In this document: positions 46,887-58,369 of the stretch, one piece after another
Layout of the letters: every line of letters begins with the position of its first letter
Numbering within the stretch: the first letter of the stretch is position 1
Position numbers and translations under genes: made by a program
Source of the DNA: an uncultured delta proteobacterium
Lineage (GTDB): Bacteria > Myxococcota > UBA727 > VGSZ01
Assembly (NCBI GenBank): GCA_963775425.1
Contig: CAVZJB010000016.1
Coordinates: 672,001 to 736,000, forward strand
Length of the DNA: 64,000 bases
Direction: 5' to 3'
Notes under the pieces: model-generated
Databases searched by the model: none
What the model saw: the letters and a program-made list of their open reading frames with translations, nothing else
Told to the model about the DNA's origin: nothing

Positions 46887-49249
46887 ATGCAGAAGCAAAT
46901 GATCATCAACGCGAGCGCATCCGAAGAGATCCGCGTCGCGATCATCGAGGGTGACCGGCTCGTCGACCTCGACATCGACAACACGAGCCGCAGCAAGCAA
47001 AAAGGCAACATCTACAAGGGCATCGTCGCCAACGTCGAGGACAGCCTCGAGGCGGCGTTCATCGAGTTCGGAGACGACAAGCAGGCGTTCCTCGCCCTCT
47101 CCGAGATCAGGCCGAGCCTCTACCCGCCCGAGCTGAAGGGCCAGCGCCGCCCCAAGATCTCCGACGTGCTCAAGCGCGGCCAGGAGATCGTCGTCCAGGT
47201 CACCAAGGACGAGATCGGCAACAAGGGCGCCGCCGTCACCACCTACCTCTCGCTGCCCGGCCGCTACGTCGTGCTCATGCACTCCGACGACAGCGGCGGC
47301 GGCATCTCGCGCAAGATCGACGACGAGCACGCGCGCCGCCGCGCCCGCGACATGCTCAGCCACATCGAGGTGCCCGAGGGCATGGCGGTCATCATCCGCA
47401 CGGCCGGCATGAACCGCCCGATGATCGACCTCTACCGGGACCTCAAGGCCCTGGCCAAGATGTGGGAGCAGATCGATCGCGGCGCCCAGCTCGGGAGGGC
47501 GCCGACGCTCCTGTATCGCGAGCCCGACCTCGTGGTCCGCACCATCCGCGACTACCTCGGGCCCGAGATCGCCAAGGTCGTCATCGACAACGAGGACGAG
47601 TACGAGGAGCTGAAGAGCTACTTCGAGGAGCGCAGCCCCGACGCGCTCGACCTGCTCGAGCACTACACCGGCCGCCAGCCCATCTTCGAGAAGTTCGGCA
47701 TCGAGGGCGAGATCGAGGAGCTGTTCGAGCGACAGGTGAAGCTGCCGTCGGGCGGCTACCTCGTCATCGACCAGACCGAGGCCCTCGTCGCCATCGACGT
47801 GAACTCAGGGCGCTCCACCAAGGAGGTCGACCACGAGGCCACCGTCTACAAGACCAACGTCGAGGCCGTCCGCGAGATCGCGCGGCAGCTCCGGCTGCGC
47901 GACATGGGCGGCATCATCGTCCTCGACCTCATCGACATGGCCAACCGCCGCCACGACCGCGACGTCGAGCGCGCGCTGCGCGACGCGATGCGCGACGACA
48001 AGGCGCGCATCAAGGTCGGCCGCATCTCCGAAAACGGCACGCTCGAGATCACGCGCCAGCGGCTGCGCCAGGCGCACCGCCTCGTCTCGTACACGCCCTG
48101 CGCCCACTGCGCCGGCACCGGCGTCGTGCGCGACCCCAAGGGTCTCGCGCTGTCGGCGTTGCGCCAGCTCTCGAACCGCGTGTCAAAGACCGCACAGCAC
48201 CTCGCCCGCCTCACCGTGCGCGTGCCGGTCGACGTCGCCAACATCATCAACACCACCAAGCGCCGCGAGCTCCTCGAGATGAGCGAGGAGCACCAGTGCG
48301 TCGTCGACGTGCAGGCCGACGTGCGCCTTCAGGCCAGCGAGATCCGCTACGACGAGGAGCGGCGCGGCCGCGCCGGCCTCGACGCCGCGCAGGCCGTGCG
48401 CGATCCCCGCCTCGCCGAGGGTGAGCGCGGGCGGCGCCGCGGCCGCCACCGCCGCGACGACAACACGTCGGCGTTCGCGGGCCAGACCATCCCGCCGCCG
48501 TCCATCGGGCCGCTGCCGCAGTTCCTCGCCGAGGACGAGGCCATCCTCGAGGCCGACAAGCGCGCCGCCGAGGAGGAGGCGCGCCTCGCCGAGCTGAGCG
48601 CCGAGGAGCGCGCGGCGGAGGTCGGCGAGCGCATCAGCGACGACCGCCCCCCGCGCCGGGAGCCGCGCGCGGCGCCCGCCGCCGCCGAGCACTACGACGA
48701 TCCGTTCAGCGAGGCGCTCTTCGGCGCCGCCCCCGCCGTCCCCCTCGAGGCCGCCGAAGCGCCGGCGCCCGAGGGCGACGCCGACGCGGCCGCGGCCGAG
48801 GGCGAGCGCGCGGGCCGTCGCCGTCGACGCCGCCGTCGCGGTCGCGGGCGCGGGCGCGCCGGTGAGGGCGAGGCCGCCGCCGGCGCCGAGGGCAACGAGA
48901 GCGCCGACGAGCACGGCGACGAGCATGACGAGATCGAGGAGCCCGAGGACGCCGAGCGCGCCGCCGCGGAAGGCGACGACGACGAGGGCCGCGGCGACGA
49001 CGACGACGGTCACCTCCGCGAGGCGCCCGCGCCCGTCGAGGCGGCCGCCGCGGACGCGAGGACGACGAGGGCGACGAAGAGGGCAAGGAGGCCGCCGGCG
49101 AGGCCGCGCTCGGGCCCGACGGCAAGCCGCGCCGCCGCCGCCGCTCCCGCCGCGGGGGCCGCGGACGCCGTCGCGAAGGGGCGAGCGAGGGGGCCGCGCC
49201 CGAGGCCGCGCCGCCGCCGAAGGTCGCCGAGCCCGCGCCGACCGAGTAG
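46887..49249 (+). CDS. rne: Ribonuclease E/G with disordered C-terminal tail; one-base frameshift at ~49057
   Basis: GNIYKG.V, AAFIEFG, QVTKDEIGNKGA, TEALVAIDVNSG, IARQLRLRDMGG..V.DLIDM, C..C.G.G Zn link; the shifted frame continues the acidic/Arg-rich tail to TAG 49247-49249. Confidence 0.92.
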
Positions 49250-49297
49250 GTGCGGCACGAGCGGAGGGTCAGAGCGCGCGCCCGCGGCGCGCTCGGC

Positions 49298-49717
49298 TCA
49301 CCAGCGTTCGCCGGGATCCTTGTTGCCGCTGTCGACGAGGGTGGAGCCGGTGGTCATCGAGTTCGCGGCGGCCAGACCGGCCGAGACCTGGGCGCGGAAC
49401 TCGGGCGCCACCGTGGAGAGATCGCGGGACGGGTCCTTCTGGGGCGCGCCGGTGAACGTGGGCTCGTCGTCGCCGAGGAGCTGGCGGGCCCGCTTCCTGC
49501 GGCGGTGCTCATCCTGCTCCTCGGGCGTCCACTCATCGACGCCGGAGAAGCCGAGCGACCGCTTGAGCTTGCCGAGGCCTGATTTGGCACGGCCGACGGC
49601 GCCCTTGGCCGCGCGCCCGACCTGCGCCGCCCCGCCCTTCCCCTGACCGGTCCGAAGCTCGCGCACGGTTTCGCGCATGCCCGAGAGCCCGCGCTGGAGG
49701 AAGTTCTGTTCAGGCAT
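49298..49717 (-). CDS. Hypothetical protein
   Basis: 139-aa ORF with GC3-biased codons and TACACT 7 nt upstream of ATG. Confidence 0.65.
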   Translation of the reverse strand: MPEQNFLQRGLSGMRETVRELRTGQGKGGAAQVGRAAKGAVGRAKSGLGKLKRSLGFSGVDEWTPEEQDEHRRRKRARQLLGDDEPTFTGAPQKDPSRDLSTVAPEFRAQVSAGLAAANSMTTGSTLVDSGNKDPGERW

Positions 49718-49857
49718 GGGGGCCAGTGTAGCAGCCCGGCACCGGCGCTGGCTTGTGCGCGGCGTTACGGGGTGTTTACCCCGCCGATTCCGTGGTCTAG
49801 CAGGCTCGAAAACGGCCGTGTTCCGCCGGCTTACGGGCCTGGCATTCGAGTAGCGTC

Positions 49858-51243
49858 ATGGATATTGGGTTCGTCTTTTTCGGGGTCGCGGCGTTGGCTG
49901 CGATCTATTTCGCCGTGCAGTGGAACTCGCTGCGCCAGTTGAAGGCGCCGGCGCAGAACAACCCCGAGCTCGAAAAGAAGCTCGAGGCTGCGCGGGCCGA
50001 GCTCGTCGCCGCGAAAGAGGAGACCCAGCGGAAGTCCAAGCAGCTCGAGGAGGCGCGCGAGGAGACCAAGAAGAAGCTCCGCCGCGAAGGCAAGAAGGCC
50101 GAGCGCGAAGAGGCGCAGAAGTCCGGCAGCGCGGACCCGCGTGACGTCGAGATCCAGGGGCTCAAGAAGGGCCTCTCCTCCCTCGAGGCCCAGCTCAACG
50201 CCGCCAAGCGCGACGTCGAGAAGGCCACCGCCGAGCTCGATCGCGTTCGCGTGGACGCGCGCGGAGAGACCGAGGGAGCCCACAAGGCCCGCGAAGAGGC
50301 CACCAGCCAGAGGAAGAATCTCGTGGATGAGAACGCCGCTTTGAAGAAGACGCTCGAAGAGCTTCGCACGGCCAAGAAGAAAGACAGCGAGCGCCCCGAC
50401 GTGCCGGGCACCGCGCTCGACCTGAAGAGCCTGCCGCCCGAAGCGGTGCAGGAGCTCGCTCGCTACTTCCGCAAGGGCGAGGAGTTCGAGCGGCTCTACG
50501 CCGTCGCCCAGGGCCAGCTCCAGCTCGCCCAGGATCGCTTCCAGGAGCTGCAGCGGCGCTACTTCGCCGTGTGCCGCGAGCTCGCCCTCGTGGCGGGCGT
50601 CGAGGCCGGCAGCGACGACGAGGCCAAGAAGGCGGCCGAGGGCGTCGTCGCCGGCACCGACCAGGTGGCGCGCGCGGGCACGCCGGCGCCCGCGTCGGCG
50701 GCGGCGGCCCCCGGAGAGGGCGGCGAAAAGAAGAAGCGCCGCCGCCGCCGTCGTCGCAAGAAGACCGGCGCGCCCGGTGAGGGTGCCCAGGCGGGTGCCG
50801 CCGACGAGGCCGGTGACGACGAGGCCGCCGACGACGAGGGCGCCGACGACGAGGGCGCCGAGGGCGAAGAGGGCAGCGCCGCGTCGCCGTCCGAGGGCGC
50901 CCCGACGAGCGCACCGCAGGAGGCCGCGCCCGCCGGCAAGCAGGACGCCCAGGCGGCAGCGCCCCAGGCGGCAGCGCCCCAGGCGGCGGCCCAGACCGAG
51001 GCGGCCCAGACCGAGGCGGCCCAGACCGAGGCGGCCCAGACCGAGGCGGCCCAGACCGAGGTGCCCAAGGCCCACAGCGAGGCGGCCAAGACCGAGGCGC
51101 CGCAGGCTGCGGCGCCCGCGGCCGAGGCCTCGCAGGCCGACGCCGAGCCGCAAAAGGACGCCGCCGCGCCCGAGGGCGAGGCGTCCACGGAGCGGGACAC
51201 CAAGGACGGTGAGGGCTCCACGCCGGCGCCCGTGTCGGCCTGA
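49858..51243 (+). CDS. Membrane-anchored coiled-coil (TolA-like) protein with low-complexity tail
   Basis: N-terminal TM, long K/E/A heptads, KKKRRRRRRRKK patch, AAPQ/AAQTE repeats. Confidence 0.8.
   Translation: MDIGFVFFGVAALAAIYFAVQWNSLRQLKAPAQNNPELEKKLEAARAELVAAKEETQRKSKQLEEAREETKKKLRREGKKAEREEAQKSGSADPRDVEIQGLKKGLSSLEAQLNAAKRDVEKATAELDRVRVDARGETEGAHKAREEATSQRKNLVDENAALKKTLEELRTAKKKDSERPDVPGTALDLKSLPPEAVQELARYFRKGEEFERLYAVAQGQLQLAQDRFQELQRRYFAVCRELALVAGVEAGSDDEAKKAAEGVVAGTDQVARAGTPAPASAAAAPGEGGEKKKRRRRRRRKKTGAPGEGAQAGAADEAGDDEAADDEGADDEGAEGEEGSAASPSEGAPTSAPQEAAPAGKQDAQAAAPQAAAPQAAAQTEAAQTEAAQTEAAQTEAAQTEVPKAHSEAAKTEAPQAAAPAAEASQADAEPQKDAAAPEGEASTERDTKDGEGSTPAPVSA
50947..51060 (+). repeat. 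In-frame 15-bp tandem repeats (QAAAP-like units, then AAQTE x5)
   Basis: GCGGCCCAGACCGAG x5 at 50986-51060. Confidence 0.9.
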
Positions 51244-51294
51244 GCCGGCGACCATGCCGTCGCGCCGCGTCGACGACGAGCGGAGGGTGCCGTG

Positions 51295-51597
51295 ATGCAC
51301 GGTTTCCAGGTGGCGCTGCTGGCGTCGCTGCTCGTCGTCGCCGCGGTGCACACCAAGAGCCGGCTGTCCGGCGCCATCGCCGCGAGCGCGTGGTGCGTCG
51401 GCGCCGTCGTCTTCGGCGCCCTCATGTTCCCGTCGCACGGCCCGCTGGTGTTCCTCGGGGTGCGCACGCCGCCCTGGCTCTACTTCGCCTTCCTCGGCGG
51501 GCTCCTCGTGTTCAACCTCGCCGTCGTCGCCCGCGGTATCCGGAGCACGCGGCACCGCGCGCGGGACCCTCACGGCTCGAGGCAGGCGGGCGCGTAA
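51295..51597 (+). CDS. Small membrane protein
   Basis: Three hydrophobic segments; GGAGG upstream. Confidence 0.7.
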   Translation: MHGFQVALLASLLVVAAVHTKSRLSGAIAASAWCVGAVVFGALMFPSHGPLVFLGVRTPPWLYFAFLGGLLVFNLAVVARGIRSTRHRARDPHGSRQAGA

Positions 51598-51642
51598 GGG
51601 GACTGCGCGCGCCACGCCAGCGCGGCCCGCGGGGGCGAACGA

Positions 51643-52668
51643 TCACCGCCGCGCTTTGGTGGCGGGCGCCGGGCACAGCTCGATCACGAGGCGGGCCATC
51701 ACCAGCCACGGGGGCTGCCGCGACCCCTTGAGCAGGCGATCGGACTCGGCGAGGCGCGCGAGCCGCGCGCCGTGGCCCCGCATGTCGAGGGCCTTGGCCG
51801 CCTTCATCGTCGCCGACAGCCGGTCGCCGAAGAGGTTGAGCGCGCGCGCCGGGTCGCCGCCGTCGTCGAGGATGGCGCGGGCGCGCGCGATCTGCCGCAG
51901 TTGCCACGCCAGCAGCCCCACGATGCGCAGCGGCTCCTCGCGCGCCGCCTGCAGCGCCGCCAGCGCCGACAGCGCGCTCCTTGCGTCCTGCACGGCGACG
52001 GCGCGCGCGAAGGCGAAGGCGTCCTCGAGGTGCGTGTCGGCGACGTGCTTTTCGACGAGCCCCGCGGAGACGGCGCCGCCGTCGTCGGCGACGAGCGCCA
52101 GCTTCTCGAGCGCGCGCTCGAGGAGCGTGAGGTCCGCGCCGACCGTGGCCGCGAGCGCGTCGACGGCGTCCCTGTCGAGCTTGAGCCCGTGGCGCTTGGC
52201 GCGCCGCAAGACGTGCGTGGGCATCTCGCGCTCTTTCGGGTGACCGAAGCGGCACAGGAGCGCCTTCTTGTCGACGAGCTTGGGCAGCTTGTCGCGCATG
52301 TCCATATCGCCGAACACGAGCGCCAGCACCGTCTCCGGCGACGGCCGATCCAGGTACTCATCGAGCGCCGACAGCCCCGTCTCCTTGATGTGCTCGGCGT
52401 CGCGCACCTCGACGAGGCGCCGCCGCGCCATCACCGGCAGCGTGCGGCAGAGCGTGGCGATCTCGGGCATGCCGCGCTCGCGCGCGCTCACCCGATCGTG
52501 GTTGAAGTCGGCCATGCCGCCCTCGAGGGCGCGGCGGCGCACGATCGCGAGGGCGTCGTCGACGTACACCCGCTCGGCGCCGCCCATCGCCACCACCGGC
52601 GGCAGCTCACGGCCCTCGATGATCTCGAAGAAGGTGTCGGCGTCCTTGGGCACGCGCCCGCATTGCAC
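51643..52668 (-). CDS. holA: DNA polymerase III delta subunit
   Basis: G.E.V.VD......DFNHD...TLPVMARRRLV.V...VGADL..LE..LEKL; SDRLLKGS. Confidence 0.9.
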   Translation of the reverse strand: MQCGRVPKDADTFFEIIEGRELPPVVAMGGAERVYVDDALAIVRRRALEGGMADFNHDRVSARERGMPEIATLCRTLPVMARRRLVEVRDAEHIKETGLSALDEYLDRPSPETVLALVFGDMDMRDKLPKLVDKKALLCRFGHPKEREMPTHVLRRAKRHGLKLDRDAVDALAATVGADLTLLERALEKLALVADDGGAVSAGLVEKHVADTHLEDAFAFARAVAVQDARSALSALAALQAAREEPLRIVGLLAWQLRQIARARAILDDGGDPARALNLFGDRLSATMKAAKALDMRGHGARLARLAESDRLLKGSRQPPWLVMARLVIELCPAPATKARR

Positions 52669-52760
52669 GCGCTCGCTCGCATTGCCACACCCCGGGGCGG
52701 CGGACGAGCCGCCGCGCCACGCCGCCCCAGGGATCCCGTCAGCGACAAAAGGACAACGCC

Positions 52761-53540
52761 GTGCTCGTCGACAGCCACACCCACCTCGACGCCGAGCGCT
52801 TCGACGGCGACCGCGCCGCCACCATCGCGCGCGCGCGCGCGGCGGGCGTGGAGCGCATGGTCAACGTGGGCTGCGATCTCCCGTCGTCGGAGCGCTCGCT
52901 CGGCCTCGCCCACACGCACGCCGACATCTTCGCCACCGTCGGCATCCACCCGCACGAAGCCAAGCTCGCCCCCGACGGCTTCGACGACACGCTCGTCGCG
53001 CTCGCCGCCGACCCGCGCTGCGTCGCCGTCGGCGAGTGCGGCCTCGACTACCACTACGACCTGTCGCCGCGCGACGTGCAGCGCGCCGTCTTCGCGCGCC
53101 AGATCGCGGCGGCGCTGCGCGCGCACAAGCCGCTCGTGCTCCACATCCGCCCCAAGGACGGCCGCGACGCCTTCGACGACGCGCTCGAGATCCTCGAGGG
53201 CGAGGGCGCGCGCGACGCCGGCGGCGTCTTTCACTGCTTCACCGGAACCGTGGAGCAGGCCAAGCGCGCGCTCGACCTCGGCTTCTACCTGTCCATGCCC
53301 GGCGTCGTGACCTTCAAGAGCGCGGGCGAGCTCCCCGAGGTGGCGCGCATGGCGCCGGGCGACCGGCTGCTCGTCGAGACCGACGCGCCCTACATGGCGC
53401 CGGTGCCCCACCGCGGCAAACGCAACGAGCCGGCCTTCGTGGCGCTCACCGCGGCGTTCGTGGCCGAGGTGCGCGGCGAAGACCGGCGCGCGTTCGTCGA
53501 GGCGACAGGCGAAAACGCCTGCCGCCTCTTCAGCTTGTGA
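52761..53540 (+). CDS. tatD: TatD family hydrolase
   Basis: DSHTHL, GIHPH, VGECGLDY, FHCFTG, ETDAPY.APVPHRGKRNEP. Confidence 0.96.
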   Translation: MLVDSHTHLDAERFDGDRAATIARARAAGVERMVNVGCDLPSSERSLGLAHTHADIFATVGIHPHEAKLAPDGFDDTLVALAADPRCVAVGECGLDYHYDLSPRDVQRAVFARQIAAALRAHKPLVLHIRPKDGRDAFDDALEILEGEGARDAGGVFHCFTGTVEQAKRALDLGFYLSMPGVVTFKSAGELPEVARMAPGDRLLVETDAPYMAPVPHRGKRNEPAFVALTAAFVAEVRGEDRRAFVEATGENACRLFSL

Positions 53541-53567
53541 CGCGACGGGAGGGAGCGCCCGCGTCGT

Positions 53568-56500
53568 TCAGTTGCACTGCACGATGAACGAGTCGGTCTG
53601 CACCAGCCCGCCCAGACGCACCGTGACGGTGTTGAGCTGGTTGCCGGTGACGTTCCCGCAGTCGGCGACGAGGGTCGCCTTGAACACGGGCGCGTGCAGC
53701 GCGGGCATCGACTTGCACTCGGGCAAGATGCGGCTCACGCGGTCGCCGAAGCCGCACGCGGCGGCGTCCACGGCGGCGTCGACGTCGCCGACGACCTTCG
53801 CCCCCTGGCCCTCGAGCGTGACGGAGGCGCGCTCGGTGAAGCCCGGGTTCGGGCAATTCCCGTTCCCATCCGAGAAGAGATAGGACAGCTCGAACGAGCC
53901 GGTCGCGCTGAGGTTCGGCAGCGGGCACCGCGCGATCCTCTGGCCGCCGGCGGTCTCCGTGCACACGGCGGTAATGCCGCCGCCCGCGGCGCAGCTGTGG
54001 CTGGTTCCCGGGGTCTCGGTGCACGCCTCGCCGATCTCGGCGAAGCCGCTGCCGACCTCGAGGACGTGGGTGGTGAGGAAGATTCTGGGTGTCCGCGTCC
54101 CACACCTTGTTGGTGCGCGTGGTGCCCGCGAGCGTGGGGAAGCCGAAGACGCCCTGGCCGTCGACGTCGAGGAACTTGTCGGTGTTGGCCACCTTCTCGA
54201 TGGGCGTGTTCTCGAAGCGCACGGCGTTGGTGAAGTCGTCGCGCACGCAGTTGTCGTTGACGTCGAGGAACGGCTCGGGCAGGTCGACGAACGCGTCGCC
54301 GAGGACCGGCTCACCCTCGTCCATGCGGCCGTTCGAGTTGCGATCGTCGAAGTCGAAGACGCCGTTGCCGTTGGTGTCCGAGAAGGCCTCGGCGCCGCGC
54401 GTGGAGGCCATGATGGTGCGCAGGCCGTCCTGCGGGCACGTCGTCACGCCGGTGAAGTCGAAGCAGCCGAGGTTGGCGGGGCAGTCGTCGCCGTCGACGA
54501 AAGAGATGCCCCCCGAGACGCCGGTCAAGCAGCTCACCGGGAACCCGCCGGCGCGATGCTCGGCGATGTACGTGCGGATGACGGCGCGGGCGCCGGTGCC
54601 GGTGGTGTCGTTGGCGACGTCCTGCGCGGTCGGCGGGCTCAGCAGGATGCTGGCGGCGTCGGTGGCGTCGACGAGCCCGTCCGGGATGAGCGGACAAAAC
54701 GCCGCCGTCCCCGGATCGTTGCACAGCGCGATGAGGTTGCACGGCGTCGTGATGGTGTCGTCGAAGCACGCCTGGGCGTCAGCGACGGTGAAGGGGTTGC
54801 CGGTGGCGGCCGTCTGCAGCTCGCTCTCGCTTTGCGGCAGGATGGGCGCGTAGCTCCACGACGACACATCGGTCCTCGGATCGAGGAAGTTGTTCGAGCC
54901 CACGGACACGGTGGCGGCGCCGCCCTGCGTGGTCTCGGCGGCGGCCTCGTTGCCCGCCTCCGCGTTGAACTGCACGATGAGGCCGTCCACGGTATTGGTG
55001 AAGCGATCGACGAGCTCCGCGGTGCACGACGCCGTCCACGGCACCGACACGGCGGTCTGATCGCAGACCAAGAAGCTCGTCTCGAAGCTCGGCAGGCCGC
55101 TGACGATGGCGATCGGGCTGGACGTGCCGACCCGAATGACCGGGTTGCCGTCCGAGTCGCGCGCGGCGACCGCCGTGGCGATGACGGTGACGGGCCCGGG
55201 GTTGGTGCCCGCAGACAGGGTGGTGGACACGGTGCCGTCCGCGGCCGAGGTGTCCTCGGGTTGCACCGTGATGGCCGGGTCGGCGCTCACGTTCTTGCTG
55301 AACGTGACGGGCACGTTCGGCAGCGGCTGGCCCCTGTCGTCGGTGAGCCTGAAGGTCACCTGCGCCGTGGAGGGGAGCGAGCTGCCGAGGACGCCGAGGG
55401 CGGCGTCGGGCACCACCGAGACGAACTCGATGTTCTGCAGGATGGGCCCGCGATCGATGTGGATGGTGAGCTCGGCGTCGGCCGTGCCGCCCGCACCGTC
55501 GCTGCCCGTGCCGATGAGGTCGGCGTTGCTCGTGGGGACGGGGTCGCCGTCCTGACACACGACGTCGACGGTGGCCTCGCCGTTTCCGTCGAAGGTCGAG
55601 ATGGTCTGCGCGGCCGGATCGCCTGTGGCGAAGCGGATGAAGCCGGTGGAGCTCGCGGGAATGGTGAGCTGCACGGACCCGCCGCTCACCGCCGCGTCGT
55701 CCTTCGTGAGGGAGACCGTCACCGTGGTGGTGCGCTGGGCGGCGTTGCCGGTCGACAGCAGCGTGAGCGGATCGTTGCTCAGGTTGAGCGTGAGCTGGCC
55801 CGGCGGGTTGACGACGAGCGTGGCCTCGTCCGTCTTCGCCGGACCGATGCTCGGCTGGAAGGTGCCGTCGATGACGGCGTTCGTGACGTCCGTGACCGCG
55901 GTGGTGGCGATGTCGGCCGTTGCCTGGCCGGAGCCGTCGAGGGTGACGTCGAGGGTGGCGTTGCCGCCGAAGCTGGCGGCGGTGGAATTGATTGTCAGGC
56001 TCACGACCGCGCCGGCCGCGGGCGTCCCGTCGCTGTCGTTGCCGATGACGGTGAGGGTGTCGGGGCTCCCGCCCTTGATGCTGGTCTTGTCGAGCGTCAG
56101 GGTCAGCGTGGCCTGGTTCACGAACGCGCGCACGATGATGTCGGCGCTGAAGCTGGCGTTCCCGGTGGCGACGGTGACGGTCGCCGTCTCCGCGACGCTC
56201 GGCGCGTGGAAATCGAGGTGCGCCACGCCGTCGGTGGGCGTGACGTTGATGTTGGCGGTGCCCTGCGCGGCCCCGGTCTGCGACAAGACGTTGGTCTGCG
56301 GGTTGACGCCGTCGGCGACCGCGGTGGCGGACACGGCGAGCGCCTTGTCGAACGGGATGGTGACGCCTTGCGACGTCTGCGAAGCGTCGATCTCGATGTC
56401 GCAGACGCTCGCGCCGTCGCCCTGGATCGCGTTGCAGGCGTTGGTGTTGATCGTGACGACGACGTCCCCTTGCGGCGGGACGCAGGTGACGGTGATGGAC

Positions 56501-56895
56501 GCCGAGGCATCCCCGTTGGTCGCCGTGAGGACGACGCCGGCGTTCGCGTCCTGGGTGCAGATGAAGTCGAGGTCGAGCGCGCCCTGCGCGGAGGGATCCG
56601 CCGTCAGGCTGTCACCGGCGACGATGTCGCCGTCGCGCGGCGCGAGCGAGCCCTGCCCCGCGGGCACCGTGACGGTGATGGCCTTGGTGTCGGGTTTCCT
56701 GTCCTTGCCGATGGCGGACAGCGAGATCTGCAGGCGCGACACGCCGTCGGATTGCACCGAGGAGCCGCCCGGAAAGCGCGCGACGAGGGACGCCTGGCCG
56801 CCGATCTGGGGTTCCTGGCCGCCTCCGCAGTCGCAGCCGGAGCCGATGGCGCCGACGGCGATTCCAGCGAGAACGAAACAACGGGCGACACGCAT
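53568..56895 (-). CDS. Large Ig-like (Big_1/invasin-type) repeat lipoprotein; one-base frameshift at ~54084
   Basis: GSGC lipobox; Thr-rich beta repeats, VTFRLTDD.G.P..NVPVTF, GAEAFSDTNGNG...DLPEPFLD; removing one A in CAGAATC gives DTQIFLTTHV continuing to stop at 53568. Confidence 0.8.
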
Positions 56896-57087
56896 GAGGA
56901 TCCTCCAAACGAACGGGAGCACATGTGACCCCGGGCTGCGGCCGGGAGTCAAATTGCAGGCACGTGCGCCCCGGAGTCTCCCTCGGACGTCGCCGGTCCG
57001 CAAAGAAGCTGCAGCGGGCGTCGTGTTGGGAGACGGAGCCGACGACGAGGTGCGATCGACACCGACATCGACACCGCGACGGCCTCG

Positions 57088-58368
57088 TCAGGGGCTCAGC
57101 TTTTCGACCGCCCGCCGCGACGCCGCCATGGCGCGCCGCGACGCCGCGCCGGACAGGACGAGGTGGAGGGCCGGCGACGACAACGCCGCGCGCGCCAACC
57201 TCCGCACCTCCTCCGCCTTCACGCGCCGGATCTCGCCCACCGCCTTGCGCGGCCGAAACGGCTCGCCGAAGAGCACGCCCTTCCCCGCCGCCTCCGCCAC
57301 CGCCGACGGATCGTCGAGGGAGTCGCGCATGTCACGCGCGTACCGGGCGGCGATGCGGGACATCTCGTCGGGCGTCGGCGGCCGCGCGACGACGCCGCGC
57401 AGCTCCCGGCACAGGGCGTCGACCAGGGGCCCGACGTGATCGGGGCGCACGCTGCCGCCGAGCTCGAGCACGCCCTTGTCCTCATAGAGATCGGCCATGG
57501 CCCACACGGAGTAGGCCAGGCCGTCGCGATCGACGATGCGCGCCTGCAGCCGCGAGGCCGGCCCGTCGTCGAGCAGCCGCGCGAGCACCTGCGCCGCCGC
57601 CGCGTCCTCGTGGCGAAAGCCCGGCAGCGGCGCGCACAGGCGCGCCGTGGTCTGCGGCGCCTCCGTCTCGATGAGCTGGACGCGGCTGCGCTTGGGCGCC
57701 GGCGGCGGGGTCCCGTACGGCGGGTGCGATCCGCGGGGCACGCGGCCGAAGCGCCGCCGCGCCGCCGACGCCACCGCCCGGGGCGACAGCGGCCCCGCGA
57801 TGCTGACGACGACGTTGTCGCCGACGTACGCGCGACGGTGGAAGTCGCGCACGGCGATCCGATCGAAGCGGCGCAGGAGCGTGGGCGTCCCCTCGATGGA
57901 GCGGGCCAGCGGGTGGCCGGCGAACACGCGGGCGAAGAGCGCGTTTTCGGCATCGATGTCGTGCCCCTGCTCGTCGAACAGCTCCGCGATCTCCTCCTCG
58001 ACGATGGAGCGCTCGACGGCCAACGACGAGAAGCGGGGCGCGGCGATCATGCCGGCGAGGAGGTCGAAGGCGTCGTCGAGGCGGTCGGGATCCACGCGCG
58101 TGTCGTAGGTGACACGGTCGCGGTACGTGGCGGCGGCGACGTCGCCGCCGAAGTCGTCGGCGCACAACGTGAGCGCGCGGACGTCCTTGTGCTTGTCGGT
58201 GCCGCGAAAGACCATGTGCTCGACGAGGTGGCTCATGCCCCACGTCTCGTCGTCCTCGTGCACCGGGCCGCCGCGCAACTGCACCCAGACGTGCGCGCGC
58301 GACAACGACTTCAACTGCGCCGTGAGCACCCGCACGCCGTTGTCCAGGACGGTCATGTCCATCTTCAT
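57088..58368 (-). CDS. M16 (pitrilysin) family zinc peptidase
   Basis: LDNGVRV, G.SHLVEHMVFRGT, ER..V.EE. Confidence 0.93.
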   Translation of the reverse strand: MKMDMTVLDNGVRVLTAQLKSLSRAHVWVQLRGGPVHEDDETWGMSHLVEHMVFRGTDKHKDVRALTLCADDFGGDVAAATYRDRVTYDTRVDPDRLDDAFDLLAGMIAAPRFSSLAVERSIVEEEIAELFDEQGHDIDAENALFARVFAGHPLARSIEGTPTLLRRFDRIAVRDFHRRAYVGDNVVVSIAGPLSPRAVASAARRRFGRVPRGSHPPYGTPPPAPKRSRVQLIETEAPQTTARLCAPLPGFRHEDAAAAQVLARLLDDGPASRLQARIVDRDGLAYSVWAMADLYEDKGVLELGGSVRPDHVGPLVDALCRELRGVVARPPTPDEMSRIAARYARDMRDSLDDPSAVAEAAGKGVLFGEPFRPRKAVGEIRRVKAEEVRRLARAALSSPALHLVLSGAASRRAMAASRRAVEKLSP

Positions 58369-58369
58369 C

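Noticed and set aside
49250-49646. Extended RNase E C-terminus overlapping the opposite-strand gene
   Set aside because: Artefact of the frameshift at ~49057; the natural tail ends at TAG 49249.
53568-54090. Separate small gene downstream of the Ig-like protein, or programmed frameshifting
   Set aside because: No start signal or slippery sequence; a single extra A explains it.
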